Shown here in pieces: positions 17,246-32,802 of a stretch of 64,000 bases of DNA (positions are counted from its first letter, which is position 1; every line of letters starts with the position of its first letter). The notes below the pieces were generated by a model. That model saw only the letters and a list, made by a program, of their open reading frames with translations. It was not told the origin of the DNA and searched no databases. Location of the stretch: the NCBI RefSeq assembly GCF_009914755.1, contig NC_060928.1. One strand, given 5' to 3'. Made by a program: the position numbers and the translations under genes. This stretch comes from the human T2T-CHM13v2.0 reference genome, Homo sapiens.

Positions 17246-17530
17246 GTTTTTTTGAGACAGAGTCTCTCTTACCTAGGCTGGAGTGCAGTGGCACGATCTC
17301 AGCTGACTGCAACCTTTGCCTCCTGGGTTCGAGCAATTCTCCTGCCTCAGCCTCCTGAGTAGCTCAGATTACAGGCACCTGCCCACCACCATGCCTGGCT
17401 AATTTTTGTATTTTCATAGAGACAGGGTTTCACCATGTTGGCCAGGCTGGTCTTGAACTCCTGACCTCAGGTGATCTGCCCTCCTCAGCCTCCCAAAGTG
17501 CTGGGATTACAGGCATGAGCCACCGCTGCC
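17207..17530 (-). mobile_element. AluSx-like with (AAC)n tail
   Basis: Full dimer, CCTGACCTCAGGTGATC diagnostic, TSD-like CAG(T/C)CATCTTT. Confidence 0.93.
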
Positions 17531-20131
17531 ACCACAGCCATCTTTGTGGCATGTTCTAGGGTTGTTTCAGAAAGAACTGACTCAAGTGGAGATTCTATTC
17601 AAGTCAAATTCCCAGTTTGTCTGTGATTTACTAATGGATTCAATGGGACCTAGAAGAATCCGAGAACCAATAAACATAGTCTTTACACTTAGGAAGTCCC
17701 CAGTTTGGTTGAAAAAATTAAATTTTCATTCAAAGAACAAAAGAAAATACAAATAAAGATGCTGTAATTAAGTACCTAATTGACATAGACAAGATGTGTT
17801 TTAGCTCAAGAAGATAAAGTTCTAAAGGTGCTTTTCTTTAGGAATTGAAGGCCATGATGAATGGGTAGGATTTGGTTAGTGCCAAGTAAATGGCATTTCA
17901 GGCTTGGAAAACAGGATGGAAAAACGCATAGACATGGTATGGCACATGTCATTGTGTGCCACTGCAGATGATGGGGAGAGTGAGAGAGGGAGTGTGAATA
18001 GTGCTGCGAGGCTGGAACAGAGAGAAAGGGGCATGGTCAGGGCAGAATTGTGGGAGGTATGCTGGGGCAGCCACATTGAACTCAGTAAAGAGAGGGTTAC
18101 AACTCTGAGCAGATTTTGGAGGGAGAGGCACAGGGCCTGCGACAGTGCAATGTTTGGTAACAAGGGCTGATCGGTAATTAGAAATTATGAGTATTCACGT
18201 GCAAGTTGAAGTTGAGACTATGATCATTTAAAACTAATAATAGGTATCATTTATTGTCACTAACACTATCAATAATATGTCATTAACATAAGACATGGTT
18301 TTAAGAGATGTTTATTGTATCATTTAGGCTTATTTCTTAAGCATTACAATTGTAATAAGTTAGGTGCTATTGTTATTCTCATTTTATAATGACAACATTG
18401 AGATGCAAAAACTTACTCAAGAAGAGAAATATGTCCCCCATTACACTAACGGGGCTGCCACTTCGGGATCTTCTTAAGGTTAGAAGTAAAGCAATTTTTG
18501 TAAAATCAATCCAGTGGCCACATTTCAAAGGATAAATGCCAAGCCCTCATCCTCTTTTGAAGCTACCTTGGGATGCAGATCAATAGGCAAGATGAGGATG
18601 GGGTCATAGTGTATTTACCCTCACCATGTGATATGTCCAACAACCTTCCATAGGAGTCAAAATTGATGAGACAATAAAGCTTGCAGAGCAGAGAAAGTCT
18701 ATTCAGGTGAAAAATGGTTCATTTTTGACTCATTGATTTTCTCTGCTCATTGAGTCATGATGGCTTCATGGTGTCAGGTGCTTCAGTAATTCCCTTCTTC
18801 CTTTTTTGACTATTAGGTACTTTCTGTCACTTTTCCTTTTCAGTTTTGGGGATTTTTCAGATTTTAATTTGCTATCAAGCAACTGAGGGAGAGAGAATAA
18901 TTGATTTTTATAACTATTTAACATTTAGGTAAATGAAGTCATAGAATAATCAAGAATCTTGTCCAGGACAACAAAGTTAATCTCTGTCAGCAATAGGACT
19001 AAAATGTCTTAACATTCCTCTTTGGATTTTTATTATTCAAGCACATTTTAAAGCATCAGCTTCTAGGATACTGTGGTACTTTCCTTCCTGAGAGCTGATA
19101 AATGCAGCGTTTATTTCACAAGTCCCTAAAAGCTAGTCAACTAATTATCTTGATACTTGTACATTAGCTAAATGTGTCTGGTAAAAAGTGGAGAAGACCG
19201 GAATTCTGACAGATAATTTGTCCTGATGTTAAGTTTACCTCATCAAAAGGCAATTAAGGGCAGGTTCTTTCATATGATGAAAGGAAATCCATTTTCCTGG
19301 TATACCAACTCACAAATCTAATGTTGCCTTCAGTGCTACTACCTAGGGCTAAACCAAATCTAGTGTTTAATAATGTGAACCCAGAATGAGACTGGGACCC
19401 GTTGTTCTACGCCAAGGAACAGCAGAGCACAGACTCTGTGATTGTTGTGAGTTCACTCTTCCTTTCATTCATGTTTTCAGAACAGACAATGCCAGCTGTT
19501 CTAAATCTGGAATATGCTTGGCCACTAGTCACCAATACAAACAGAAATTCTACTACATATTAATTTCCATGTGTTCCAATGAACACAATGAAGTTTTGTT
19601 ATTCATTTATTTATAATAAAGGAATAGTTTGAGATTTGATCGTTGTCAACAGCTTGATTTTGGCTTGGTGATATAAAAATTAAAACATGCCTGTATATCA
19701 TTTGAGACACTGGTCTCTAGGCTAAAATGTTGAAATGCTCTGATTAATCAACATATACTTTCACCAGTAATATTTCAGTGATCTGTGTTTGGTTACAAAG
19801 GGACTGTCACAAACTCAAGAGTGTTCAGAGGAAACAATTAAGATGAAGGAATGTCTAGAAATTATGGAGTTTCCATAGGGATCTACAGAGGAGGAACAGA
19901 AGATGAGGATTTTAATGTCAACTGGGGATAGAATTATGAAAAAATGAAGTAAGATGGACATCAAAGTGCTGTTATATAGAAGAGATTTAAATGTATTCAG
20001 AATTGTTCCAGAAGGAGAACTAAGGTCAGAAAAACTTATTCAGATCATCATAAAGGAGAACTTTCATAGTTGTCCAAAAATAAAACAAGCCTCCTTGTGA
20101 GGAACTAAGCTTTTGTCATGACAAATGTTCA

Positions 20132-20509
<378 letters not shown>

Positions 20510-21120
20510 TTATACATAGTGACTTAAAAATCATAAATACTCAATTTATGTTTGGTAAATCAATGAGTGTATTACTATACAAGGTTGGATCAAGTGACCC
20601 AAGAAGTCTGGAAGATTGCTAATACTCTTTCATTTGTCTAGTATCTACCCCACCCCATGTGGGAGATACATGTTCCTTACTTTAAAAGTAGCTGAAAAGG
20701 TAAAGGAAATTCTTGAAACAATGAGAAATTGTAATGAATTGTTTTAACGGGATTTTAGAGAAAGTGAAAAACTCTAAGTTGGTGTAAAACTTTTGTTAAC
20801 AGAAGAGTTGTGTGAGTTGGTCTTCAAAATATTAAGAAAAACACAATAAAGACGATGTGGCATTTTAGAGAATTAGTACAAAGTTCTGGAGATAAAATTG
20901 AGCATGGTATGAGAGACAGTGAGCAGACAGATTAGTTGGAGTGGTATGTTTCCCCTGGGGCAGGAAGAAATGAGGCAGCAAGCACATACAAACTCGACTG
21001 GGGAGTTTGAGCTTGATGCAGGGGATGCATGGAAGTTTTGTAGATTATTAAGCAAAGAAAAGCATAATTAACACATGTGTAAGACAGTCACCTAACAGAT
21101 ACACAGTGCATGAAATGGAG

Positions 21121-21391
21121 CTGTGCTTCTCAAACTGAGATGTACACTCCCCTCGTATTCACACACCAAAATATTCACAGAGCATAAATTGTACTTGAAG
21201 ATTATGGGAAATGGTAACTTTCTTATAAGTAATTGAAGATATTATTTTATATCAAATATGATAAAACTTTATACTTCAGTGAAATGACATTCTTGTGCTG
21301 AGTGGCTGTAGGCTGTGCTCCGGAGGCCTGTCAGCTCTCTTGGGCTCTCTGCGGCCCCCAGGTCCACAGACAGGGAAGTGTGAGAAGCCTG
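21121..21391. mobile_element. Possible hAT-Charlie MITE relic
   Basis: Degenerate TIR pair CTGTGCTTCTCAAACT ... AGTGTGAGAAGCCTG. Confidence 0.4.
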
Positions 21392-22299
21392 TGAGAGAAG
21401 GCTGAAGAGCAGGAGTGTCTTACTGCACACTGAAATCGTGCTGTGCTGGGTGCTGTGCTTAGAACTGGGGGTAGAAAGATGAAGACAGTGCCACCGTGGA
21501 GAAGTTATTCGTCTGTTGGGGAGATAGATTTATAAACAGATAACTTCAATAAATTTTTGAAACCAATAAAAACCATTTATGCACATAGTGGGGTCCAGCA
21601 TAAACTAGAGGACACAACTAGAGAATATAGTGGGAAATGGAATGCTAAAGGAGATGTAAGAAAGGCCAGACTAGGATTTCTAGCCCAGGAGGCCTGAAGA
21701 ATGAAGCTGCTGCTAAGAAAAGAAGGTAGATACGTGATTATATGCACAAAATGGGTGTTGTTACTAAACATCTTCTGCATAACTGAGAACCCATGCTAGG
21801 GAAGAAAACAAGTACATGAAAAAGACAGACACCCACTTAAAGAACTTGTTGTTTACACCCACACTGTCTTACCTCATTCTGGAGCTCTCCCACCTACCAC
21901 CACCTAAACTCATCCCTATCAATAGTTCTGAGACACAAGTTCTGATATTTTCCAATTTTTAACTTACCCTGCCTTTTGAAAGTAAAACCAGTCAAAAACT
22001 TCGGATTAACCTTAAAATAAGAACTCAGAATCCTACAGCTCTTGATAAAAATTAAAATAAAGATCTAACTTGTAAAAATGGAATAGACCTTGATAAGGAT
22101 GATACTTGAACTATACACATGACTTAGATTTTCGGCTTTTGCAAAGAAAATAGAATTGCAGCAAATTCAAAATACATAGTTTCTACCTTTCTTTTAGAGT
22201 AATAGTTTTTATTCATAGTGTTGAATTGAATTGAATACCAGTGGAATACAGATAAATGAAGTCATTAGTTAATAATAGTTTTTAAATAATAATAGTCAT

Positions 22300-22560
22300 A
22301 AGTAGCTATTGCTACTAGCTACCATTTTTTGAATGTTTAGTACATGCTTAGACACTTTTATCTCAGTGATTTTCACTGATGGTACAAAAGATAAATTCAT
22401 TTAATTTTCACACAACCAAATTTGGTGGATATCATTATCATCTATATTTTATAAAGTGAAGCAGGAGAGGTGAAGATGTTTGTCCAAACTTATAATTAGG
22501 AAGTGACATAAACTGGATTGTTTAAGAACACCAGAGCCTAAGTACTTAAATACTGTACTT
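22300..22560 (-). mobile_element. MIR
   Basis: CTACCATTTTTTGAATG..TATTTTATAAAGTGAAG..AGAGGTGAAG..TTGTCCAA. Confidence 0.55.
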
Positions 22561-22924
22561 TGCTCAAACAACACTAATAATCACTAAAAATGATCTGTAT
22601 GTTTCTTAAAAGATGGTTATCTCTGTATGATTCTCTCAGTAGACATCCCCTTGATCAGGAGGGTGAGGGAGAGAAAGAGCAGGTTACAATGAGAGCACCA
22701 GGAGTTGAACATACCTTAGGAAAGCCCATGAGAGTATATGATGAACAGGTACATCATCTGGCATGTGTATCTCAGTGAAAAAAAATTCTCAGAATTCTGC
22801 CATAGAGAATGGGGTGACGTTCAGATAAATTCAATTCCAAGTAGCATGTGAGAAAACTCAGTGAGCAACCTTTTGTATATTACCAATAAACAGGAGCATA
22901 GCATATATTTTCTCAAAAACATGT

Positions 22925-23445
22925 CACACTTGGCCTTATAAAATGAGTTTGGAAGTATTCCCTCTTCCTCAATTTTCTGAAAGATATTTTATTCATTGTT
23001 TAATATAATTCTCCAGTGAAGAAATTGAGCCGGGAATTTTCTTTATGAAAAGGCTGATAATTATGAATTGAATTTCTTTACTAGATATGGAATTATTTAG
23101 TTCCCTGTTTTTTCTTGCAAACCTTTTAGTGATTTGTGTCTTTTAAAGAATTTGTCCATTTTATTTGATTGATTGTCAAATTTTTTGGCATAAAATTGTT
23201 TGTAACATTTCCTGATTACCCTTTTAATAGCTGTAAGATCTGTGTTGGTATCTCCTTTTTCATCCCTGACTTGGTAATTTAGATTTTCTTTATTTTTTGT
23301 CTTGATCATTGTAAGCTAGAGGTTTATTAATTTTATTGATTTTTCAAAGAATCAACTTTTGATTTCATTTATCTACAGTTTATATTTTTTATATTTTGTT
23401 GATTTCTGTTCTTATCTTTATTGTTTTCATTCTTCCTTCTACTTA
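22925..23445 (-). mobile_element. Old L1M ORF2 fragment
   Basis: ORF 23097-23309 (RDEKGDTNTDLTAIKRVIRKCYKQFYAKKFDN) is homologous to L1 ORF2p. Confidence 0.8.
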
Positions 23446-25315
23446 CTAGCCATTGAGGAAACAGTTTTCAAGAGGAAGACTAGTGGATTTATTTGCATCT
23501 CTGAGGACGGTCCACTAAGCTGGACCTCATACTACTTGGGCTTTAATGATAAAAAAAAAAAAGCTACAGTTCTTTCAAAATAAACTAAGAAATTACTGAT
23601 AATTTGAGGAACTAGTGTTCTGATAACTTTAAGGGCCATATGAATGTTGTTTTCTGATGACTAAGTGATTTAAAGGTTGACATTAGAGGAAATGAGAAAA
23701 ATTATTGTGGGAAGGAGGGAGATTTGGGCAATGAGCTTTTAATGAAAATTAGGTCTCTAAATTAACTTTTTTTTCTTAAGTCCTCAAAAAAATGAAAGAT
23801 TTAAGTTTGGAGAGAGGTATAAATTACACTCCACCAGTCCTGTGTAAGAGGAAAGATCCTAGGTCACTTACACTTGTATTGTTACTTTTAGAATAATTTT
23901 ACTTGACTAAAACCCTTTTTCCCCAAATTTCTCCACATCATTTTATTGAATGAATCCATTCCTTTTTCATTGATTTAAAATATGGGAGCTAATTTTTTTA
24001 TTTTTGTGAGTACATTGCAGTTGTATATATTTACAGGGTACATGAGATGTTTTGATACAGGCATGCAATGTGAAATTAGCATATCATGGAAAATGGGGTA
24101 TTCATCCCTTCAAGCATTTATCCTTTGTGTTACAAACAATCCAATTATATTCTTTAAGTTATTTTTAAATATGCAACTCAGTTATTATTGACTATGGTCA
24201 CCCTACTGTGCTATCAAATAGTAGGTCTTATTCTATTTTTTTTTTTTTTTATCCATTAACCATCCCCACCTCCCCCTCAACTCCCCACTATCCTTCCAAG
24301 CCTCTGGTAACCATATTTCTACTCTCTATGTCAATGACTTCAATTGATTTGATTTTTAGATCCCACAAATAAGTGAGAACATGTGATGTCTATCTTTCTG
24401 TCCTGGCTTATTTCACTTAACATAATGATCTTCAGTTCCATTGATGTTGTCACAAATAACTGAATCGCATTTTCTTTTATGCATAAATAGTACACCACTG
24501 TATGTATGTACCACATTTTCCTTTCTATTCATCTGTTGATGGACACTTAGATTGCTTCCAAATCTTAGCTATTGTAAACAGTGCTACAACAAACATAGGA
24601 GAGCAAATCTCTTCCTCATACTGATTTCCTTTCTGTGGGATGTATACCCAGCAGTAGGATGGCTGGATTATATGGTAGCTCAATTTTTAGTTTTTTGAGG
24701 AACCTCCAAACTTTTCTCCATAATGGCTGTACTAATTTACGTTCCCACCAACAGTGTACAAGAGTTCCCTGTTCTCCACATCCAGGCCAGCATTTGTTAT
24801 TGCCTGTCTTTTGGATATAAGCCATTTTAACTAGGATGAGATGATTGTAGTTTTGATTTGCATTTCTGTGATGATCAGCGGTGTTGAGCACTTCTTCATA
24901 TGCCTGTTTGCCATTTTATGTCTTCTTTTGAGAAATGTCTATTCAAATCTTTTGCCCATCTTTTCATTGGATTATTGGACTTCTTTCCTGTAGATTTTAG
25001 TTCCTTATGTATTCTAGTTATTAATCTCTTATCATAGGGGTAGTTTGCAAATATTTTCTCCCATTCTGTGGATTGTCTCTTCACTTTGTTGGTTGTTTTA
25101 TATACTGTGCAGAAGCTTTGTAACTTAATGTGATTACATTTGTCCATGTTTGCTTTGGTTGCCTGTGCTTGTGGGTTATGGCTCAATAAGTCTTTGCCCA
25201 GTCCAATGTCCTGGAGAGTTGCCCCAATGTTTTCTTTTAGTAGTTTCATAGTTTAAGGTCTTAGATTTAAGTCTTTAATACATTCTTATTTGATTTTTGT
25301 ATATGGCAAGAGATT

Positions 25316-25667
25316 TGATATGGTTTGGCTGTGTCCCCATTGAAATCTCATCTTGAATTCCCACATGTTGTGGGAGAAACCCGGTGGGAGGTAATTGAAT
25401 CATGGGGGCAGGTCTTTCTCATGCTGTTCTCGTGATAGTGAATAAATCTCACGAGATCTGATGGCTTCATAAGGTGGAGTTTCCCTGCACAAGCTCTCTC
25501 TCTTTGCCTGCCACCATCCGTGTAAGATGTAACTTGCTCCTCTTTGCCTTCTATTATGATTGTGAGGCTTCCCCAGCCACAAGGAACTGTAAGTTCTTTA
25601 AACCTCTTTATTTTGTAAATTGCCCAGTCTCAGGTATGTCCTTATTAGCAGCATGAAAATGGACTAA
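25316..25667 (+). mobile_element. THE1 solo LTR (THE1B/C-like) inside L1MA ORF2
   Basis: TGATATGGTTTGGCTGTGTCCCCA start and GCAGCATGAAAATGGACTAA end (terminal TACA missing). Confidence 0.92.
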
Positions 25668-27083
25668 GAGGTCTAGGTTCATTCTTTTGCATATGGATAT
25701 CCAGTCTTCCTAGCATCATTTATTGAAGAGACTATCTTTTTCCCCAGTGTATGTTCTTGGAACCTTTGTCAAAAATGAATTCACTGTAGGTGTGTGGATT
25801 TATTTCTGGGGTCTCCACTCTGTTCCATTGGTCTGTGTGTCTGTTTTTATGCCAGTACCATGGTGTTTTGGTTACTGCAGCTCTGCAGTATAATTTGAAG
25901 TCAGGTAATGTGATTTCTCCAGTTTTATTCTTTTTACTTAGGATAGCTTTGGCTATTCTGGGTCTTTTGCAGTTCCACATAAATTTTTTAGTTGTTTTTC
26001 TATTTCTGTGAAGAATGTCATTGGTATTTTGGCAGGGATTGCATTGAATCTGTAGATTGCTTTGGGTGGTATGCACATTTTAACACTATTGATTTTTTTC
26101 AAATATAAACATGGAATTTTTTGCATTTTTTATGTCCTCTTCAATTTCTTTCATCAATGTTTTATAGTTTTAATTATAGACATCTTTCAACTCTTTGGTT
26201 AATTCCTAGGTATTTAATTTTATGTGTTGCTACTGTAAACGGTATTACTATTTTATTTCTTTTTCACATTGTTCACAGTTGGCATACAGAAATGCTACTG
26301 ATTTTTGTTTGTTGATTTGTATCCTGCAATTTTACTGAATCTGTTTATCAGTTCTAATAGTTTTCTCGTGGAGTCTTTAGCTTTTTCTAAATATAAGATC
26401 ATATCATGAGTAAATCAGGATAATTTGACTTCTTCCTTTCCAATTTGGATGCCCTTTATACCTTTCTGATTGCTCTAGCTAGGAATTCTAGTAGTATTAA
26501 TACATTGAATAACAGTGGTGACAGTGGGCACCCTTGTTGTGTTCCAGATCTTAATGGAAAGGCTTTCAACATTCCCCCATTCAGTATGATACTAGCTGTG
26601 GGTCTGTCATATATGGCTTATATTATGTTGAGGTATGTTCATTCTATACCCAGTTTTTTTGAGGGTTTTGTCTTGAAGGGGTGTTGAATTTTATCAAATG
26701 CTTTTCAGCATCAATTAAAATGATCATGTGGTTTTTATCCTTAATTCTGTTGATATGATGTATCACATTGATTGATTGGTGTATGTTGAGCCATTCTTGT
26801 ATCCCAGGGATAAATCTCACTTTGTCATGATGAATGATCTTTCTAATGTATTGTTGAATTTTGTTTGTAGTATTTTGTTGAGGATTTTTTGCATCAATAT
26901 TCATCAGAGATATTGTCCTGCAGTTTTCCTTTTTTGATGTGTCTTTGTCTGGTTTTGGCATAAGGGTAATACTGGCGTCATAGAATGAGTTTGGAAGTAT
27001 TCCTTTCTCCTCTACTTTTCAGAATAGTTTGAGTAGAATTGGTATTAGTTCTTCTTTAAATATTTGGTAGAATTCAGCAGTGA

Positions 27084-27460
<377 letters not shown>

Positions 27461-27860
27461 CATTAATTCTTACTGGTCTGTTTAGGTCTTAGATTTCTTC
27501 CTGGTTCAATCTTGGTAGGTTTTATGTAACTAGGAATTTGTCCATTTCTTCTAAATTTTCTAATTTATTGGCATATAGTTGCTCAGTAGCCACTAACGAT
27601 CCTTTTAAAATCTGCATTATCAGTTGTAATGTCTCCTTTTTAATTTCTGATTTTATTTATTTGGATCTTCTCTCTTCTTTTCTTAGGCTGGTTAAAGGTT
27701 TGTCAATTTGTTTAACTTTTCAAAAAAACAACATTTTGTTTCATTGATCCTTTTTTCATTTCAATATTATTTATTTCTGCTCTGATCTTTGTTATTGCTT
27801 TTCTTCTACTAATTTTGGGCTTGGTTTGCTCTAGCTTTTCCAGTTCTTTAAGAAGCATCA

Positions 27861-28164
<304 letters not shown>

Positions 28165-28316
28165 TCATTAGATTGTTTATTGAAGTTTTTCATCTTTTTT
28201 GATGTCATCACTTATAGCTATAAACTTCCCTCTTAGTACTGCTTTTGCTGTATCCCATAGGTTTTGGTATATTGTGTTTCCATTTATGATTGATTTCAAG
28301 AAATTTTTCAATTTCC

Positions 28317-28557
28317 TTTTTTTTTTTTTTTTTTTTTGAGACAGAGTCTCGTTCTGTCGTCAGGCTAGAGTGCTGTGGCGTGATTCTTGGCCCACTGCAA
28401 CCTCCAACTCCCTGGTTCAAGGGATTCTCCTGCCTCTGCCTCCCGAGTAGCTGGGATTACAGGCATGCACCACCATGCCCGGCTAATTTTTGTATTTTTA
28501 GTAGAGTTGGGGTTTCACTATGTTGGCCAGGATGGTCTCTATCTCCTGACCTCGTGA
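28317..28557 (-). mobile_element. AluSc-like, 5'-truncated
   Basis: GGATGGTCTC..TCTCCTGACCTCGTGA; TSD CAATTTCCTT. Confidence 0.9.
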
Positions 28558-31500
28558 CAATTTCCTTCTTGTTTCATTGATCCACTGGTCATTCAGGAGC
28601 ATATTGTTTGATTTCTACATATTTATATAGTTTCCAAAATTCCTCTCATTATTAATTTCTAGTTTTATTCCATTGTGGTCAGAGAAGATGCTTGATATTA
28701 TTTCAGGTTTTTAAAAATGTTTTAAGACCTGTTTTGAGACCCAACATATGGTCTATCCTTGAGAATGATCCTTGTGTTGAGAAAAAGAATGTTTATTCTG
28801 CAGCTCTTAGATGAAATGCTCTGCAAATATCTATTAAATTCATTTGGTCTACATTATAGATTAAGTCTGATGTTTCTTTGTTGATTTTCTGTCTGGAAGA
28901 TCTGCCCAATGCTGACAGTGGGGTGTTGAAGTCTCCAGCTATTATTGTATTGACATCCATCTCTCTCTTCAGCTCTCATAATATTTCTTTTATATATCTG
29001 GGTGCTCCCATGTTGGGTGCATATATATTTAAAATTGTCATATTCTCTTGCTGAAATTGATCCCTTTATCATTATATAGTGGCTTTCTTTTTCTTTTACA
29101 GTTTTTGTCTTGAAATCTATTTTGTCTGATAAAAGTGTAGCAACTCATGCTCTTTTTTGGTTTCCATTGGCATGGAACATCTTTTTCCATCCTTTTATTT
29201 TCAGCCTATGTGCGTCTTTATAGGTAAAATACACTTCTTGTGCAATGGACCAATGAGTCTTGTTTTTTCATCCATTCAGGAGTCTATGTGTTTTGATTGG
29301 AGAATTTAGTCCATTTACATTCAGTGTTATTATTAGTAAGTAATTACTTACTCCTGACATTTTATGATTTATTTTCTGGTTGTTTTGTTGTCTTCTCTTC
29401 TTTCTTTCATTCCTGTCTTCCTCTAGTGAAGATGATTTTCTCTGGTGATATGATTTAGTTTCTTGCTTTTTTTGTGTATTCATTGTATGTTTTTTGGTTT
29501 GAGGTTACCATGAGGCTTGTAAATACTACCTTATAATCCATTATTTTAAACTGATAGCAACTTAACACTATTTGCGTAAACAAAAAGAAAGCTAATAAAA
29601 ACTTGCCTTCATCCCCGCACTTTTTAACTTTTTGTTGTTTCTATTTATCTCTTATTGTACTATATCTTGAAAAGTTGTTGTAGTTATTATTTTTAATTAG
29701 TTCATCATTTAGTCTTTTTACTTAGGATAAGAGTAGTTTACACACCAGTTACAGTGTTACAATGTTTTGTGTTTTTCTGTGTACTCACTATTACTAGTAA
29801 GTTTTGTACAGTCAGGTGACAATTTATTGCTCATTACTGTCCTTTTCTGTCTGATTGAAGTACTCCCTTTAACATTTCTTCTTGGACAGGTCTAGTGTTG
29901 ATGAAATCCCTCAGCTTTTGTTTGTCTGGGAAAGTCTTTATTTCCCCTTCATGTTTGAAACATATTTTCTCCAGATATACTATTCTAGGGTAAAAGTTTT
30001 TTTTTCTTCAGCACTTTAAATATGTCATGCCACTCTCTCCTGGCCTATAAGGTATCCATTGAAAAGTCTGCTGGCAGACATATTGGAGCTCCATTGTATG
30101 TTATTTGTTTCTTTTCTCTTGCCACTTTAGGATCCTTTTTTTATCCTTGACCTTTGTGAGTTTTATTATTAAATGCCTTGAGTAGTCTTCTTTGGGTTAA
30201 ATCTGCTTGGTGTTCTATAACCTTCTTGTACTTGGATATTAATATATTTCTTTAGGTTTGGGAAGTTCTCTGATATTATCTATTTGAACAACCTTTCTAC
30301 CACTTTCTCTTTCTCTACCTCCTCTTTATAGGCAATAACTTGCTCCTTTGGGGCTGTTTTCTAAATCCTGCAGGTGTGCTTCATTTTTTTTTCTTTTTAC
30401 CTTTGTCTCCTCTGACTGTGTATTTTCAAATAGCCTGTCTTCATGCTTGCTAATTCCTTCTTCTACTTGATCTATTCTGCTGTTAAAGGACTCTGATGCA
30501 TTCTTCAGTATCCCAATTGCATTTCTCAGCTCCAGAATTTCTGCTTGATTCTTTTTCATTATTTCAGTCTTTCTGTTAAATTTATCTGATAGAATTCTGA
30601 ATTCCTTCTCTGTGTTATCTTGAATTTCTTTGAACCCCCTAAACACAGCTATTTTGAATTCTCTGTCTGAAAGGTCACATATCTCTGTTTCTCCAGGATT
30701 GTTCCTTGGTGACTTAGTTAGTTCATTTGGTGAGGTCATGCTTTCCTGGAAGGTGTTGATGCTAGTAGATGTTCTTTGGTGTCTGGGCATTGAAGAGTTA
30801 GGTATTATTGTAGTCTTCGTTTTTGGTGTCTGGGTTTATTTGTAGCCATTCTTCTTGAGAAGGCTTTCCAGATATTTGAATGGACTTGAGTGTTGTAATC
30901 TAAGCTGTTTCTGTGTTAGAGGTCACCTCAAGCTTAGTAAATCTGTGGTTCTTGCAGACTTGTAGAGGTAAGGCCTTGATGGTCTTGGATAAGATCTGAG
31001 AGAATTTTCTGGATTACCAGTCAGAGACTCTCATTCTCTTCCCTTACTCTCTCCCAAACATGCAGAGTCTCACCCCATAGCCACCAGTACCCCAGCCATA
31101 AGGAGTACTGCTAGATTACCACCAATGTTCCCTTAAGGCCCAAGGTCTCTTATGTCAACTTGTGGTGAATGCTGTCTGGCTTGGCACTCACCCTTCAGGG
31201 CAGTGGGATCCCCTCTGTCCCAGGGTAGGTCCAGAAATGCCATCCAAGAGTCAAGTCCTGGATCGGGGACCTCAAGAGGCTGCTTGGTGTTCTACCCCAC
31301 TGTGGCAGTGTTGGTACCTAAGGTGAAAGACAAAGTCCCCTTTCTTTTTCCTTCTGCTTTTCTCAGGCAGAAACAGTTTTGCCCCATAGCCATCATAGGT
31401 GGTAATGGGCTGAGTCTCACCAAAAGCCAGCAAGTCTCAGTCTCACCAAGGCCCCCAGTATAATACCTGGGTATCACTGTTGGTTATTCAGGGACCAAGG

Positions 31501-32463
31501 GCTTTTCAGTTAGTAGGTGATGAATGCTGGCAGGACCTAGTCCGTTCCTTCAAGGCAGCTGGTTCTTTGTTTCCTTCTGGCCCAGGGTGTATATAGTAAT
31601 GTCATCTTGGAGCTAGGGCCTGGAACAGAGGGCTCTTGACTCTGACCAGTTCCCTATCCTGTTGTGGCTAAGCTGGTATGCAATATGCAAAACAAAGTCC
31701 TCTCCACTCCTCTCTCCTTTCCTCATGTGGAAGGAAGGAGTGTCTTTTGGAGCTGTGAGCTGTGCAGCCTGGGTTAGAAGAGGAGTGATGCCAGCACTCC
31801 CTTAGCCACCCAGTTGATGTCTCAGTATTTCACACCCCACCCCCACCCCAGTCTACTGGTTCTGGGCCCAGTTAAGCACTAGGACTCACCTAAAAGTTTC
31901 AGTCCTTGGGGTCTAGACACGTTTTCAAGTTTATTTGTAATCCCAGACCACTTCATCCCATGGTAGTGAGGCTTGTGGGAACTCAAGTTCTGATCACTGG
32001 GATTGGTGATTCCTCATTGGCTAAGGCTGGTTAAAATGCTTTCCCTGTGGGCAGGCATCAGCTGAATTTGGTCCAGTTTTCCTTTCTACTATAACAGGAC
32101 AGCATTGAGTTCATTGCCTCACAATTGCTGAACTCTCCCTCCCCCAGTGCTCAGAAATGCCCTTTGTACCACATCACTGCTGCTGGAGGGTGGGAAAAGT
32201 GTGGCGTTGGTGATTCAGTACTTTTTTTTTAACCTCTTCACTACCTCTTTCATTGTTATAAAGTTAAAACCAGGTACTGTGAGTGCTCACCTGATTTTTT
32301 GTTCTTATGAAGATGCTTTAAGTTGTTACATTGGTGTCCTTGTTGAGGTTATGATCAATGGAGCCTTCTATTCTGTCATCTGCCACCCACCTTCCAATGA
32401 CTGTTATTTTCATCTGTGCCACACTGGAGGTTCTGGGCAAAATTTATAATAGAATAGACTAGA

Positions 32464-32620
32464 ATTAAGTGGCTCCAAAACAATTCTATAAAACTTTACT
32501 TCCCTTAAATAAATGACAGGAAGTTATTCATATTTCCCCCCACTTTTGGAGGAGAACTATGGTGGTGCCCACCTTCACCCTACTTCCCAACTCAAAAAGG
32601 TACTAGAAAAGCAAAAGGAG
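32464..32620 (+). repeat. 157-bp non-TE segment duplicated at 33986-34142
   Basis: ATTAAGTGGCTCCAAAACAATTC...CTAGAAAAGCAAAAGGAG at both sites, about 13 differences by eye. Confidence 0.95.
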
Positions 32621-32769
32621 AGCAATTTAAAGAAAAATTCTTGATTTTAAATTTTACAATACTAGATCAAATTTTACATTAAAGGAATGACCTTATCATC
32701 TTAAAAAGTTATTGAATTTTATGTAGCATATACATCTCCCTCAAAGTTTTTATAGAAATATTTTTACTT

Positions 32770-32802
32770 TATGTATGTATGTGTGTGTGTGTGTGTATGT
32801 GT
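32770..32802. repeat. (TATG)n(TG)n microsatellite
   Basis: Read directly. Confidence 0.85.

Noticed and set aside
23670-23684. Third short AAAGGTTGACATT match to the 9167/10234 repeat
   Set aside because: Only ~13 bp with no flanking similarity; likely chance.
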